Assembly: GCA_902790595.1 (NCBI GenBank)
Contig: CADASL010000002.1
Span: 137,384-201,383, forward strand
Reading direction: 5' to 3'
DNA: 64,000 nt
Source of the DNA: an uncultured Bacteroidales bacterium
GTDB lineage: Bacteria > Bacteroidota > Bacteroidia > Bacteroidales > SZUA-534
Of this stretch, positions 19,245 through 28,432 are shown in pieces. The notes below the pieces were generated by a model that saw only the letters and a program-made list of their open reading frames with translations, was not told the origin of the DNA and searched no databases. Position 1 is the stretch's first letter. Each line of letters begins with the position of its first letter. The translations under genes and the position numbers were made by a program.

Positions 19245-20465
19245 TTAAAGTTTTAACCTACCACGATTTTCCGCGTCCTCCAAAAGCTCGCGGTAGAGCT
19301 TGTCCATATCGGATATCAGCCTGGTATAGTGGAATTTGTCTTTCACGTATGCCCAACCATTCACAGCCATCCGCTGGCGCAACGAGGCACTCTCAACCAC
19401 AGGCAGCAGCTTGGCCACAAAATCATCGACATCGCCGTTGGCCGCAAGCACAGCCGTATTATCGGGCAGCACAATGTTCTCAATGCCGCCCACATTGGTT
19501 GTGACAATCGGCACGTTGGCTGCCTGCGCCTCAATCAGACTCACGGGCGTGCCCTCGTTGAGCGAAGTCATAGCCACAATGTCGAGTCCGGGATAAACCG
19601 TTTCCACGTTCCGAATCCACGATGTGAAGGTTACATCGGCTTTCTCGGCAGGCTCAAAACCGTCGGTCAGCACAAAGCTCAAACCTAGCTGGGCGCACTG
19701 TGTCATCAGGTCGGCCTTCAGCTCGCCGTCGCCTATCACAAACGCACGTATTTTGCTGTTAGTCTGCTGTTTCGCTTTCGCGATAGCATCAATGAAAAGC
19801 TTGTGATTTTTGACCGGAGCCAATCGTCCGACAATACCAACCGCAACCTCATCATCGCCAATGTTGAAGCACCGGCGGAAAGTATCGCGGCGGGCAGCCT
19901 TATATTCAGTAAATCGTTGTAAATCAAAGCCAAGCGGAATCACACTGAACTTGTAGTCAGGAGCGATTCTGAATGTTCCGCAAAGCTCGTCCTTCTGCTT
20001 TTGGCTGATGGCAATGATGCGCGATGTGTGTTCGGCCAATCCGCGCTCGATGTTCAAGAATAATTTGGTCTCCTTGCTGCCGAAATATGAGTGGAAAACG
20101 TGCCCGTGGAAAGTATGGACAATCACCGGCACCTTGCAGCGGATGGCCGCCAAACGCCCCACTGTTCCCGCTTTCGAGGCGTGGGTGTGCACAATATCAG
20201 GCTTGAACTCACGAATCAGCCGCGAGATTTTGCGGTAGGTCACCAAATCGCTCTGCGCGTTGAGCTGGCGGTGCATTTCGGGAATCACAATCGGTTCAAC
20301 GCCAAGATTGCGGACAATGTACTCGCTGCTCTCCTCATCGGCCTCTTTTATGCCGCCAACCAGCAGTGTCTCGTAATCACTTGGCATATAGCGTGATAGA
20401 TATGCCGCATTGTATGTGGGGCCTCCCAAATTAAACCTGTTGATTATCCTCAATATTCGTGGCAT
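19245..20465 (-). CDS. GT-B glycosyltransferase (family 4)
   Basis: 406 aa with N-terminal GGPTYNAAYL and HTHASKAGTVGR, and a C-terminal EGTPVSLIEAQA motif (the E-x7-E region). Confidence 0.8.
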   Translation of the reverse strand: MPRILRIINRFNLGGPTYNAAYLSRYMPSDYETLLVGGIKEADEESSEYIVRNLGVEPIVIPEMHRQLNAQSDLVTYRKISRLIREFKPDIVHTHASKAGTVGRLAAIRCKVPVIVHTFHGHVFHSYFGSKETKLFLNIERGLAEHTSRIIAISQKQKDELCGTFRIAPDYKFSVIPLGFDLQRFTEYKAARRDTFRRCFNIGDDEVAVGIVGRLAPVKNHKLFIDAIAKAKQQTNSKIRAFVIGDGELKADLMTQCAQLGLSFVLTDGFEPAEKADVTFTSWIRNVETVYPGLDIVAMTSLNEGTPVSLIEAQAANVPIVTTNVGGIENIVLPDNTAVLAANGDVDDFVAKLLPVVESASLRQRMAVNGWAYVKDKFHYTRLISDMDKLYRELLEDAENRGRLKL

Positions 20466-20557
20466 AACTCGCTCCTTTTAAAGTCGCAATTTGCTAAAAA
20501 ACGGCTTAAAAAGGGGCGCGGGCGGCGTTTATTTTATGTTAAACAGCCTGTTGTGGA

Positions 20558-22444
20558 CTAAAGCATATATTTCTTCCACCAATGTTGGAATACAACGAGT
20601 GCCCAGATGTGCGCTTGCGAGTCGCCGGGGCTTTTCGAATGCAGCTGCTGTTTGAGCTGCTGAACCATTTCTGGATTGAAAATATTCTGCTCGCGGATGA
20701 AATCGTCGTTCAGATAATCGTTGTCGATGGTCGATTTCAGCTCACCCTTGAACCAGCCGAGCAATGGCACCTCAAAGCCGTGCTTCGGGCGGTTGTACAA
20801 TTCGTATGGCAACTGCTGGCGATAGGCGTCTTGCAGAATCATCTTTCGTCGGCGGCTGTTTACCAGATAGTTGCACGGTAGCGAGAATGCAAAATTAACC
20901 AACCGGTGGTCGAGGAACGGGCTGCGCACCTCAAGACTCTCGGCCATACTCATCATATCCACCTTAAAAAGCATATCGCTCACAAGCACAAGCTGCATAT
21001 CGGCGTAGAGGATGTCGCCAATCTGCTTATCGTCGCGTATACAATTGATAATGTTAAACTTGCGGCGGGTATTCTCCTGCATCAGCACTTTGCGGTTGAG
21101 CATCAGATAGGCCGTGTCCTCATCCATCAGCGACGCCCACGCCATATAACGGTCCTGCTCGCTTAGTTTCAGACCTTTGGCGAAACGGTTCAGCTGGCGT
21201 ATCTTATTGCTCAACTTTGTGTTACGCGACTGCGGCAACATTCCGTAGAGCGGACTTGCCATCCTGACAAGCGCTGTGGCAATGCCTCCGTGAAGCGCCT
21301 TGTAATGGGCCAGGTGCTTGTTGTAACCGCCAAAAACCTCGTCGGCGCCATCGCCCGAAAGCGCCACCGTAACGTGCTTGCGTGTCTCACGGCTCAAAAT
21401 GTTGACCGCAATGGCCGACGAATCAGCAAACGGCTCGTCGAGGTAGTCGAGAACCCGATAGAGGCACTCATACAAATCGTTGTTAGTCAGTTTGAAAACG
21501 TGATGGTTTGTATGGAATTTGTCGGCAACCAACTGGGCGTAATGAGTCTCGTCGAAGAACGGCTCATCGGCGTAACCGATTGAAAAAGTGCTCAGATTAT
21601 CAACGTGTTTCGACGCTTCGGCAACAATCACCGACGAATCGATGCCGCCGCTCAAAAACGCTCCCAGCGGCACATCAGAAACCAGACGCTCCGCCACCGA
21701 CTGCTCAATCAACTCGCGCAACATCCGCTGTGCGTGCTCGTAATCCATCACTTCTAGATTGCTGTAATTGTATGGTATTGAGTAATATCGCACCTCTTTC
21801 ACCTGACCTTTGCTTATGTAAAGGTAGTGCCCGGGATTGAGTTTTTTCACATTTTCAAAAATGGTGTCGGGCGATGGTATGTAGTTGAATTGCAAATAGG
21901 CGAAAAGCGATGTCACATCGAGCTTGCGCGGGATGCCCAAAGCCATCAGAGCCTTCATTTCTGACGCGAAGACGAAACTGTCGTGACCTTGATAATAAAG
22001 CAGTGGCTTCTGCCCCATCCGGTCGCGGGCGATGAAAAGCACATCGTCGAGCTTGTCGTAGATGGCGAACGCAAAGAACCCGACGAACTTGTCGAGACAC
22101 TTCGGTCCATCGTTAATATATTGGTATAGAACAACTTCACTATCAGAAGAAGTGGCGAATTTGTACCCCTTTTCAACTAGTCGCTCACGCAACTGGCGGA
22201 AATTGTAAACCTCGCCATTATAAACTATGGTGTAGCGGCCGGTGGCATCCTGCATTGGTTGCGAGGCTTCGGCGCTCAAGTCGATGACCGACAGGCGCGC
22301 GTGCCCCATACAAACGCGCTTCCCGTTGTGTATGCGCTGGCAATCGGGGCCCCGCTGCGACAACAACGACACCGCGTTTTTCATCAAGGAAAACTTACCC
22401 GCGCCTTCGGGTGTAATTGCGTATATTCCTGCTATTCCGCACAT
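20558..22444 (-). CDS. asnB: Asparagine synthase (glutamine-hydrolysing) family amidotransferase
   Basis: 628 aa starting MCGIAGIY (Ntn Cys2) and carrying the SGGIDSS PP-loop. It sits next to the polysaccharide genes, so it may amidate a sugar rather than make Asn. Confidence 0.8.
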   Translation of the reverse strand: MCGIAGIYAITPEGAGKFSLMKNAVSLLSQRGPDCQRIHNGKRVCMGHARLSVIDLSAEASQPMQDATGRYTIVYNGEVYNFRQLRERLVEKGYKFATSSDSEVVLYQYINDGPKCLDKFVGFFAFAIYDKLDDVLFIARDRMGQKPLLYYQGHDSFVFASEMKALMALGIPRKLDVTSLFAYLQFNYIPSPDTIFENVKKLNPGHYLYISKGQVKEVRYYSIPYNYSNLEVMDYEHAQRMLRELIEQSVAERLVSDVPLGAFLSGGIDSSVIVAEASKHVDNLSTFSIGYADEPFFDETHYAQLVADKFHTNHHVFKLTNNDLYECLYRVLDYLDEPFADSSAIAVNILSRETRKHVTVALSGDGADEVFGGYNKHLAHYKALHGGIATALVRMASPLYGMLPQSRNTKLSNKIRQLNRFAKGLKLSEQDRYMAWASLMDEDTAYLMLNRKVLMQENTRRKFNIINCIRDDKQIGDILYADMQLVLVSDMLFKVDMMSMAESLEVRSPFLDHRLVNFAFSLPCNYLVNSRRRKMILQDAYRQQLPYELYNRPKHGFEVPLLGWFKGELKSTIDNDYLNDDFIREQNIFNPEMVQQLKQQLHSKSPGDSQAHIWALVVFQHWWKKYML

Positions 22445-22446
22445 TG

Positions 22447-22494
22447 CAAGGATTGAATAATTGTTTAATTGAATAATATAACGATTGAAAGCCG
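22447..22494 (+). repeat. Octamer tandem array, GAAGGATT family (degenerate, 6 units)
   Basis: Reads caaggatt|gaataatt|gtttaatt|gaataata|taacgatt|gaaagccg. Located between the gpmA stop and the asnB start. Confidence 0.5.
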
Positions 22495-22544
22495 CGCTAA
22501 ACGCATCAGCTTACCAACCACGTAAATTTACCGATTACAACCAG

Positions 22545-23246
22545 TTACAGCGCCGGACCTTTTTCGGGCAACTCCTCACGGATATACTCTCCGCCGCTGT
22601 AGTCGTAAACAATCAGATTAGCCGTATCAACCTCCAAACCAACAACTTGCGCTTCATCCATCTGTTCAAGGTTCATAATAATTGAGCGCAAAGTGTTTGA
22701 GTGCGCCGACACGAGCACGTTTTTACCAGCCTCCAACTGTTTGACAATCACCTTGTTGAAGAACGGTACTACACGGCTCGACGTATCCTTCAAACTCTCG
22801 CCTTTAGGCGGACGCTCGGTGTAGCCCTTGCGCCAGCTCACCACCCTGTCGATGCCAAAAATATCGGCAATCTTCGACTTGCAAAGTCCTTGCAAATCAC
22901 CATAATAACGTTCGTTAAGCTGCCAGCATCGGTACACCGGAATCATATTTTTCAACTCAGTGTTACTGAAGGTTTGGTACCATTTGCGATGGAAAAAATC
23001 GGAAGTGTGTACCAGATAAGGCGTGCGGCGTTTGGTGTCGCCCAAAAGTACGATAAAGGCAGTCTGAATCGAGCGAATCAGCGCCGAAACGTAAACCACA
23101 TCGAAATCGATATTCGAGATAAGATGGCTTGCCCGCGAAGCCTCAACAATGCCGGCCTGCGTGAGCGGAACATCGACCCATCCGGTGAAAAGATTGCGGC
23201 CGTTCCAAACCGACTCGCCGTGACGTATCAAAACCAGTTTTCCCAT
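22545..23246 (-). CDS. gpmA: 2,3-bisphosphoglycerate-dependent phosphoglycerate mutase
   Basis: 233 aa with the LIRHGESVWNGRNLFTGWVDVPL catalytic-His motif of the histidine phosphatase family. Confidence 0.85.
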   Translation of the reverse strand: MGKLVLIRHGESVWNGRNLFTGWVDVPLTQAGIVEASRASHLISNIDFDVVYVSALIRSIQTAFIVLLGDTKRRTPYLVHTSDFFHRKWYQTFSNTELKNMIPVYRCWQLNERYYGDLQGLCKSKIADIFGIDRVVSWRKGYTERPPKGESLKDTSSRVVPFFNKVIVKQLEAGKNVLVSAHSNTLRSIIMNLEQMDEAQVVGLEVDTANLIVYDYSGGEYIREELPEKGPAL

Positions 23247-23373
23247 TTTTTCGCTTAAATTTTGTGGTGGAAAAATACAAAATTAACGCATACCAAACTG
23301 CTCAAAGACTAAAAATAACTCACCGATTTTCAAATCGTAAAGATTCCGCTTACAGCGTCGGGCAAGCTTTTCC

Positions 23374-23405
23374 CATCCTTCTGTTATTCAATCCTTCAAT
23401 CCTTC
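23374..23405 (-). repeat. Octamer tandem array, GAAGGATT family (4 units)
   Basis: The minus strand reads gaaggatt|gaaggatt|gaataaca|gaaggatg. It is downstream of tRNA-Thr and upstream of gpmA. Confidence 0.6.
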
Positions 23406-23452
23406 AACAAATAAGAAAAGGCCGAACCCTTTCAGATTCAGCCTTTTGCCTG

Positions 23453-23525
<73 letters not shown>

Positions 23526-23535
23526 AAATGCGGCG

Positions 23536-23543
23536 CAAAAGTA
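23536..23543 (-). promoter_or_regulatory. Candidate -7 promoter box (TACTTTTG) for tRNA-Thr
   Basis: Minus-strand TACTTTTG ends 10 nt upstream of the mature tRNA 5' end. Confidence 0.5.
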
Positions 23544-23611
23544 ATTTTTTGCTTCGAATTACAGCAAGATTATGCCGATTTTATTGAAATTTGCCGCAAA
23601 ATCTGACATCG

Positions 23612-24082
23612 ATGGGTAAAACGAAAATTCTTTTTGTCTGCTTGGGCAACATCTGCCGCTCGGCCTGCGCCGAAGCCGTGATGAAACAAGTTGCTGCACA
23701 GCGCGGTATGGAATCCGATTTTGAGATTGATTCGGCTGGGCTAATCAGTTATCACTCAGGCGAAAAAGCCGACCCGCGGATGCGCCAGCACGCCGCCAAA
23801 CGCGGAATCGACATCACCAGCATCGCGCGGAAGATTACCACCGCCGATTTCAGCCACTTCGATTATATAATAGGTATGGACGACGACAACATTCGCCGCC
23901 TGCTCGAAATTGCACCCGACGAACAATCGTGCCAGAAAATCAGCAAGATGAGCGATTATTGCAAAACGCACCGCGTGAATTCCGTACCCGACCCGTACTA
24001 TGGCGGCGACAGCGATTTTGAACTTGTGCTCGATTTGCTTGACGACGCTTGTAATGGATTGTTGGATAGGATTTTACAATAA
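23612..24082 (+). CDS. Low-molecular-weight protein tyrosine phosphatase
   Basis: Has the CX5R(S) P-loop ILFVCLGNICRSACAE and a C-terminal DPYYG. The ATG at 23612 is preferred over the TTG at 23591. Confidence 0.85.
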   Translation: MGKTKILFVCLGNICRSACAEAVMKQVAAQRGMESDFEIDSAGLISYHSGEKADPRMRQHAAKRGIDITSIARKITTADFSHFDYIIGMDDDNIRRLLEIAPDEQSCQKISKMSDYCKTHRVNSVPDPYYGGDSDFELVLDLLDDACNGLLDRILQ

Positions 24083-24159
24083 AAATTGTCATCACAAACG
24101 TAAGGATTGGAAAAAACTTATATTTGCCAAACAAAACATTTAATACAAACAACTTAATT

Positions 24160-24708
24160 ATGAAAAAGTTATCGTTAACACTGCTTATTTTTGCATTTGC
24201 TCAGGCTGTTTCTGCTCAAGATTCGTTTTTAGTTATGCCCGAAATTGAAACAGGTATTGCCGTTATTGATTTGTTGGGCGATGACGATTACAAAACAACA
24301 TTTCATTTTAATATCGGACTCACTTTGGGATTGACACAAGGCAACGACAAAGGAACTAATTTCTATGGTATGTACCTTGCCCGTAATGGTTATGGCTATA
24401 CTGGTGAAAACCCTGATAACGAAAAAGATTGCAATATTTCCCGTGGCAGTTTTAATTTTGGAATGCAATTTTTACACCGAACGAACTTTGGTTTGTCTTA
24501 TGGAGGAATTGTAGGACTTAATAGATGGGACAAAAAATATCTTTTAGACGACAAAACATATGATGACGCTGATGACAATAGCGTTATTTTATTAAAAGCA
24601 AAAGTTGGCTATTGCTGGAGCCACGTAGGACTATTTATGGAAACGGGCTATAACGATGGTATCGAATTAAATTGGGGTGTGGCATTCCCCTTATACTCTT
24701 CAAAATAA
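24160..24708 (+). CDS. Small secreted, probably beta-barrel outer-membrane protein (unknown function)
   Basis: Signal peptide MKKLSLTLLIFAFAQAVSAQ from the ATG at 24160. Alternating hydrophobic pattern with aromatic residues near the C-terminus. Confidence 0.5.
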   Translation: MKKLSLTLLIFAFAQAVSAQDSFLVMPEIETGIAVIDLLGDDDYKTTFHFNIGLTLGLTQGNDKGTNFYGMYLARNGYGYTGENPDNEKDCNISRGSFNFGMQFLHRTNFGLSYGGIVGLNRWDKKYLLDDKTYDDADDNSVILLKAKVGYCWSHVGLFMETGYNDGIELNWGVAFPLYSSK

Positions 24709-24732
24709 TCAGTAAAATCCTTTAAATCTGCG

Positions 24733-25425
24733 TCATCTGCGTTCCTTTGAACCTATGATCGCCTCAGCCAGCACCAAATCCACAGGCCGAGTGATTTTGA
24801 TATTCTCGAAGTTGCCTTCAACAATCGACACTTTCACGCCCATATGCTCAACCACCGATGCGTCGTCGGTGAAAAGCGGACTATATGGCTGACGGAAAGC
24901 CTGATGCAGTGTGGCGGCATCGAAAACCTGCGGCGTCTGCACCAATCGGTAACAGCTGCGGTCAACAGCGCGGTTGCCGCCATCGGGCTCAATCTGCCGC
25001 ACCGACTCGTTGACAGGAATTGCGGGAACCACAGCCTTGCACTGCTCGGCGGCGCTGAAGCAACGTTGCAGCGTCTCTTGCGACACCAACGGCCGCACAC
25101 CATCGTGAACGGCCACAATGCCGTCGGCAGGAACTTTCGCCAACCCGTTCAATGTGGAATGGAAGCGCGTCTCGCCGCCATCAACCAACTGATAATCAAT
25201 CTTATCGAACGAATATTCACTGCAAAGTCTGCGCCAGTAATCGTGCTGTTTTGATGGCAGAACAAGCACAATATTCATCTGATTATCAAACCGATGAAAA
25301 GCATCAATGGTGTGCATCAGAATCGGACGCCCAGCCAACGGCAGAAACTGCTTTGGCACATCGCCGCCCATTCGGCTGCCCGAGCCACCTGCCACTATGA
25401 TAACGCTGCGGTTCATAACTTGCAA
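24733..25425 (-). CDS. ispD: 2-C-methyl-D-erythritol 4-phosphate cytidylyltransferase
   Basis: 230 aa with the VIIVAGGSGSRMGGDVPKQFL motif. Confidence 0.9.
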   Translation of the reverse strand: MQVMNRSVIIVAGGSGSRMGGDVPKQFLPLAGRPILMHTIDAFHRFDNQMNIVLVLPSKQHDYWRRLCSEYSFDKIDYQLVDGGETRFHSTLNGLAKVPADGIVAVHDGVRPLVSQETLQRCFSAAEQCKAVVPAIPVNESVRQIEPDGGNRAVDRSCYRLVQTPQVFDAATLHQAFRQPYSPLFTDDASVVEHMGVKVSIVEGNFENIKITRPVDLVLAEAIIGSKERR

Positions 25426-25922
25426 TCGTGAAGTGCCTCAATCATTTTCTGCGATGTGATGCCGATGCCGTCAACCACGTATTTCGCCTGCGAGTAGAAC
25501 GGCAGCCGCTTCTGCAGCGTCGTCTCAATGTACTCAACAAGTTCCTCGTAGGTCTTGTCGTGCAGCAGCGGGCGGTCTTTGTGCGAGTTCATCAGGTTCC
25601 AGACGAGCGCTTTGGGCGTCATCTCAATGTAGAGCGTGGCGCCGTGGGCGTTTAGTTGCTGCATATTGTCGAAAAAGCAAGGTGTGCCGCCGCCCGTAGC
25701 CACAATGGTGTTCTCGAGTCCGAAAGTCTGCATCATCGCCTCGCGCTCAATTTGGCGGAAGCCGTCCTCGCCCCTTTCGGCAAAGATTTCAGCAATGGTC
25801 TTGCCCTGCTCGGCCTCAATTTTTTGGTCAAGGTCGATGAAGTTGTAGTTGATGTCGCGCGCAAACCGCTTGCCGTAAGTGGTTTTGCCCGCGCCCATAT
25901 ATCCGATTAGGTAGATTAACAT
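25413..25922 (-). CDS. aroK: Shikimate kinase
   Basis: 169 aa with the Walker A motif GYMGAGKTT and the ATGGG motif. It overlaps ispD by 13 nt. Confidence 0.9.
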   Translation of the reverse strand: MLIYLIGYMGAGKTTYGKRFARDINYNFIDLDQKIEAEQGKTIAEIFAERGEDGFRQIEREAMMQTFGLENTIVATGGGTPCFFDNMQQLNAHGATLYIEMTPKALVWNLMNSHKDRPLLHDKTYEELVEYIETTLQKRLPFYSQAKYVVDGIGITSQKMIEALHDCKL

Positions 25923-25965
25923 TCTGCTATCGATTTTGGCGCAATGTTATTAAAAATGACGCCAA

Positions 25966-26002
25966 TAAAAAAACGGGGTGACCAAAAAGTCAGTCAACCC
26001 CG
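25966..26002 (-). terminator. Rho-independent terminator after the nitroreductase gene
   Basis: On the minus strand, a CGGGGT..ACCCCG stem with an inner GAC/GTC pairing is followed by T7. Confidence 0.6.
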
Positions 26003-26028
26003 ATTTTGCAAAACTGTCGATTGTAGTC

Positions 26029-26997
26029 CTATTCAACAATCACCTCATCAACGCTCTTGCGCGGCGCGTAGAATTTTGGTGCTTCGGCATAGCCAAGTCG
26101 CAGAGTTATAGCAGGATAACCGCTGATTTTCAATTCTGAACGCAGTTTTTCGGTGAGTGCGGGAATCTCACAAGGCTGATTGCAGAAGTTGTACGCAAAA
26201 CCCGAGCCGCACACCGTAAGCAGCAGTCGCTCAAGCGTTTTGCCAAGGGCGATATAATCTTTTGGCGAAGTGCCGTTGGTGCTCAATACGCAAAAGTGTG
26301 ACGCAGAAGCATTTACCTTATCATCGGTTTTGTTTTGCGATTTCGGACTCAGGGCCATCTTCACAAACATCCGCCCCATTGGCTTTGGTGTAGAAGGAAA
26401 GCCCAAAACATTGTAGCACAAGCCGTTTTGCGTCTGCACAATGTGCTTTTTGTTGAACCGCATCCACGACAGCAGTTCGCGTTTGAAAGCCGTGTCGCTC
26501 ATCTGAATATTGTTGCCTTCTGCAATTCCGCGACAAACGAAATCGGCCTGTGGCGTGCCCGAAGCAAAAATGGCAACGCTCTTATTATCAATCAATTTTA
26601 GTGCATCAATCTGCTCTTGCGGAATCTTTTTTCCCGTGAAACTTCCGCGGTGCGTGTGACGCGTTTTAATGTGCGCAAAAAGTGTATCAGCCGCGCAACT
26701 ATCCGATTTTGTGAATGTTACAACGATTTTTCCATCTGTGTAATCGTAGTCGGACGTGTAGCCGTAGTTGGTTGCGGCAATCTGCATATTCTCGAGCGCG
26801 CAGCCAAGACTGATGAACAACTCTTTGTCCGACGCATCGACCACTGCCAGCCGTTTCGTAAAATCGGGCGCGATAACTATCGTATTTCCAACAACTTGGA
26901 ACTTCCAAGGCTGCGAGTTGTGTCCCGAGGGCGCGCAAACGGCAAACGAAATCAAGATTTTCGCTATTTCAAAAAATGTCAAACTTTCCATCTTCAA
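26029..26997 (-). CDS. Nitroreductase-family FMN oxidoreductase
   Basis: 322 aa (a double nitroreductase-fold size) with APSGHNSQPWKF. It shows 4-nt overlap coupling with the upstream TetR gene. Confidence 0.7.
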   Translation of the reverse strand: MKMESLTFFEIAKILISFAVCAPSGHNSQPWKFQVVGNTIVIAPDFTKRLAVVDASDKELFISLGCALENMQIAATNYGYTSDYDYTDGKIVVTFTKSDSCAADTLFAHIKTRHTHRGSFTGKKIPQEQIDALKLIDNKSVAIFASGTPQADFVCRGIAEGNNIQMSDTAFKRELLSWMRFNKKHIVQTQNGLCYNVLGFPSTPKPMGRMFVKMALSPKSQNKTDDKVNASASHFCVLSTNGTSPKDYIALGKTLERLLLTVCGSGFAYNFCNQPCEIPALTEKLRSELKISGYPAITLRLGYAEAPKFYAPRKSVDEVIVE

Positions 26998-27581
26998 TCA
27001 AATATTTTGTCAAACATAAAATCAATGGTTTTCAGCAACTTTTCCCAACCCGAATCGCTATTGATTTCGAGCGAGTTATAGACCGCGCAATTCTCGGCAA
27101 GGATACAAAGGTATGATACCGAGCCCGTTATAAGAGTTGAAATGCCAGCCACTTGGTCAATGTCCTGCCCCGACTGCCGACTCACGGCATTGATGATGTC
27201 CATTGCCGTCCGTTCGCGGCGCTCACGCAGCCCCGCAATGGCAGGATTGTCGGTTGTGAGTTCCCAGCGGTAGAGTTTCCGCAGTGCGGGCGACTTGCGC
27301 AACATATCGATATACGAGCGGAAAACGGCCTTCGAAAACTCTTTCACGTTGTTGTACTGCTGAATGGGAAATTCGGTGTTGAGCCAGAAATCGTTGTCTT
27401 CCAAATACTTGGCCAGCAGTTGTTCAATTGAGCCAAAATATCTGTAAATCAGCACCTTCGACACGCCCGACGCGCTCGCCACCGCGTTAACGCCCACGGC
27501 CTCAAAGCCTTCGGTCTCAACAATCGTTCCAACGGCGTCGAGTATGCGCCGCTCGGTTTGGTTTCTGTCTTTTGTTGTCAT
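26994..27581 (-). CDS. TetR/AcrR family transcriptional regulator
   Basis: 195 aa with the N-terminal HTH GFEAVGVNAVASASGVSKVLIYRYFGS. Confidence 0.85.
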   Translation of the reverse strand: MTTKDRNQTERRILDAVGTIVETEGFEAVGVNAVASASGVSKVLIYRYFGSIEQLLAKYLEDNDFWLNTEFPIQQYNNVKEFSKAVFRSYIDMLRKSPALRKLYRWELTTDNPAIAGLRERRERTAMDIINAVSRQSGQDIDQVAGISTLITGSVSYLCILAENCAVYNSLEINSDSGWEKLLKTIDFMFDKIFD

Positions 27582-27592
27582 AATCCATTCGT

Positions 27593-27632
27593 GTTACCAA
27601 TCGGTCACAAAAGTATGTAACCTATCGGTAAC
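27593..27632. promoter_or_regulatory. Candidate TetR operator: two tandem ACC-N4-GGT pseudo-palindromes
   Basis: GTTACCaatcGGTCAC (27593..27608) and GTAACCtatcGGTAAC (27617..27632). The first starts 12 nt upstream of the TetR start. The outer hexamers GTTACC/GGTAAC are perfect inverted repeats. Confidence 0.4.
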
Positions 27633-27765
27633 AAGCAAGACATTTTTGAATAATTTTATTCCGCAATCCTTATTCGCTAATTTTCAATAAATTATATATT
27701 ATAACGGCAGGTGTTATCAAAAGGGAAAAACTCATACCTTTATCATTACTAAAAACAAATAAACA

Positions 27766-28350
27766 ATGAAAAAATTATCATTATTGGCTATTGGCCTGTG
27801 CACGTGCTTGTTTGCATCGGCACAAAAAGTGATTGTAAAAGGCGACCTGAAATGCCTGAAAGGTGTTGATGCCGTCAGTGTTAACTTCACCTACGATAAT
27901 ATGCAAGTGGGGAAAATGACTGAAGCTGACTACATTACAAAAAAAACTACTGAAGGCAATGAAAAGGAAGCCGGTCGTGGTGACAAATGGCGCGAAGCGT
28001 GGGAAAGCGACAAGCAGAATGTCTATCCTGCAAAATTCCGTGAATTGTTTACCAAGCATAGCGAAATTATCTGCAAAGACGAAAAGCAGAAATATGACAT
28101 TCAGGTAAATACCGACTTTTTTGAGCCGGGATTCAATGTCGGTGTTATGCGCCAGGATGCTTATATCAACGTGACCATTAGAATTCTTGACACAGAGAAT
28201 TCGAACAAGGAAGTCGCCACTGTGCAGATTCTCAAATCATTAGGCTATACGGCTATGGGCTATGACTTTTCTGTTGCCGACCGCGTCGGCGAAGCTTATG
28301 CACGAGCCGGAAAAGTATTGGCCGGAAAAGTAAAGAAGGCTTGCAAATAA
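27766..28350 (+). CDS. Secreted hypothetical protein (194 aa)
   Basis: Signal peptide MKKLSLLAIGLCTCLFASAQ. I recognise no family motif. Confidence 0.5.
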   Translation: MKKLSLLAIGLCTCLFASAQKVIVKGDLKCLKGVDAVSVNFTYDNMQVGKMTEADYITKKTTEGNEKEAGRGDKWREAWESDKQNVYPAKFRELFTKHSEIICKDEKQKYDIQVNTDFFEPGFNVGVMRQDAYINVTIRILDTENSNKEVATVQILKSLGYTAMGYDFSVADRVGEAYARAGKVLAGKVKKACK

Positions 28351-28376
28351 AAGGCTGATAATTTGTTATCAAATAG

Positions 28377-28411
28377 AAAAGGAAATCCTCACAGTGGGGA
28401 TTTCCTTTTTC
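28377..28411. terminator. Bidirectional terminator between convergent genes
   Basis: A GGAAATCC..GGATTTCC stem is flanked by an A-run and a T-run, so it can serve both the plus-strand gene and parC. Confidence 0.6.
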
Positions 28412-28432
28412 ATTAATTGTATTTCCATCTCT

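Noticed and set aside
22448-23396. gpmA as a mobile or invertible cassette, because of the perfect 13-bp inverted repeats.
   Set aside because: The repeats are part of a dispersed octamer family found at other gene boundaries. There is no recombinase, promoter or target duplication. It is kept only as a low-interest observation.
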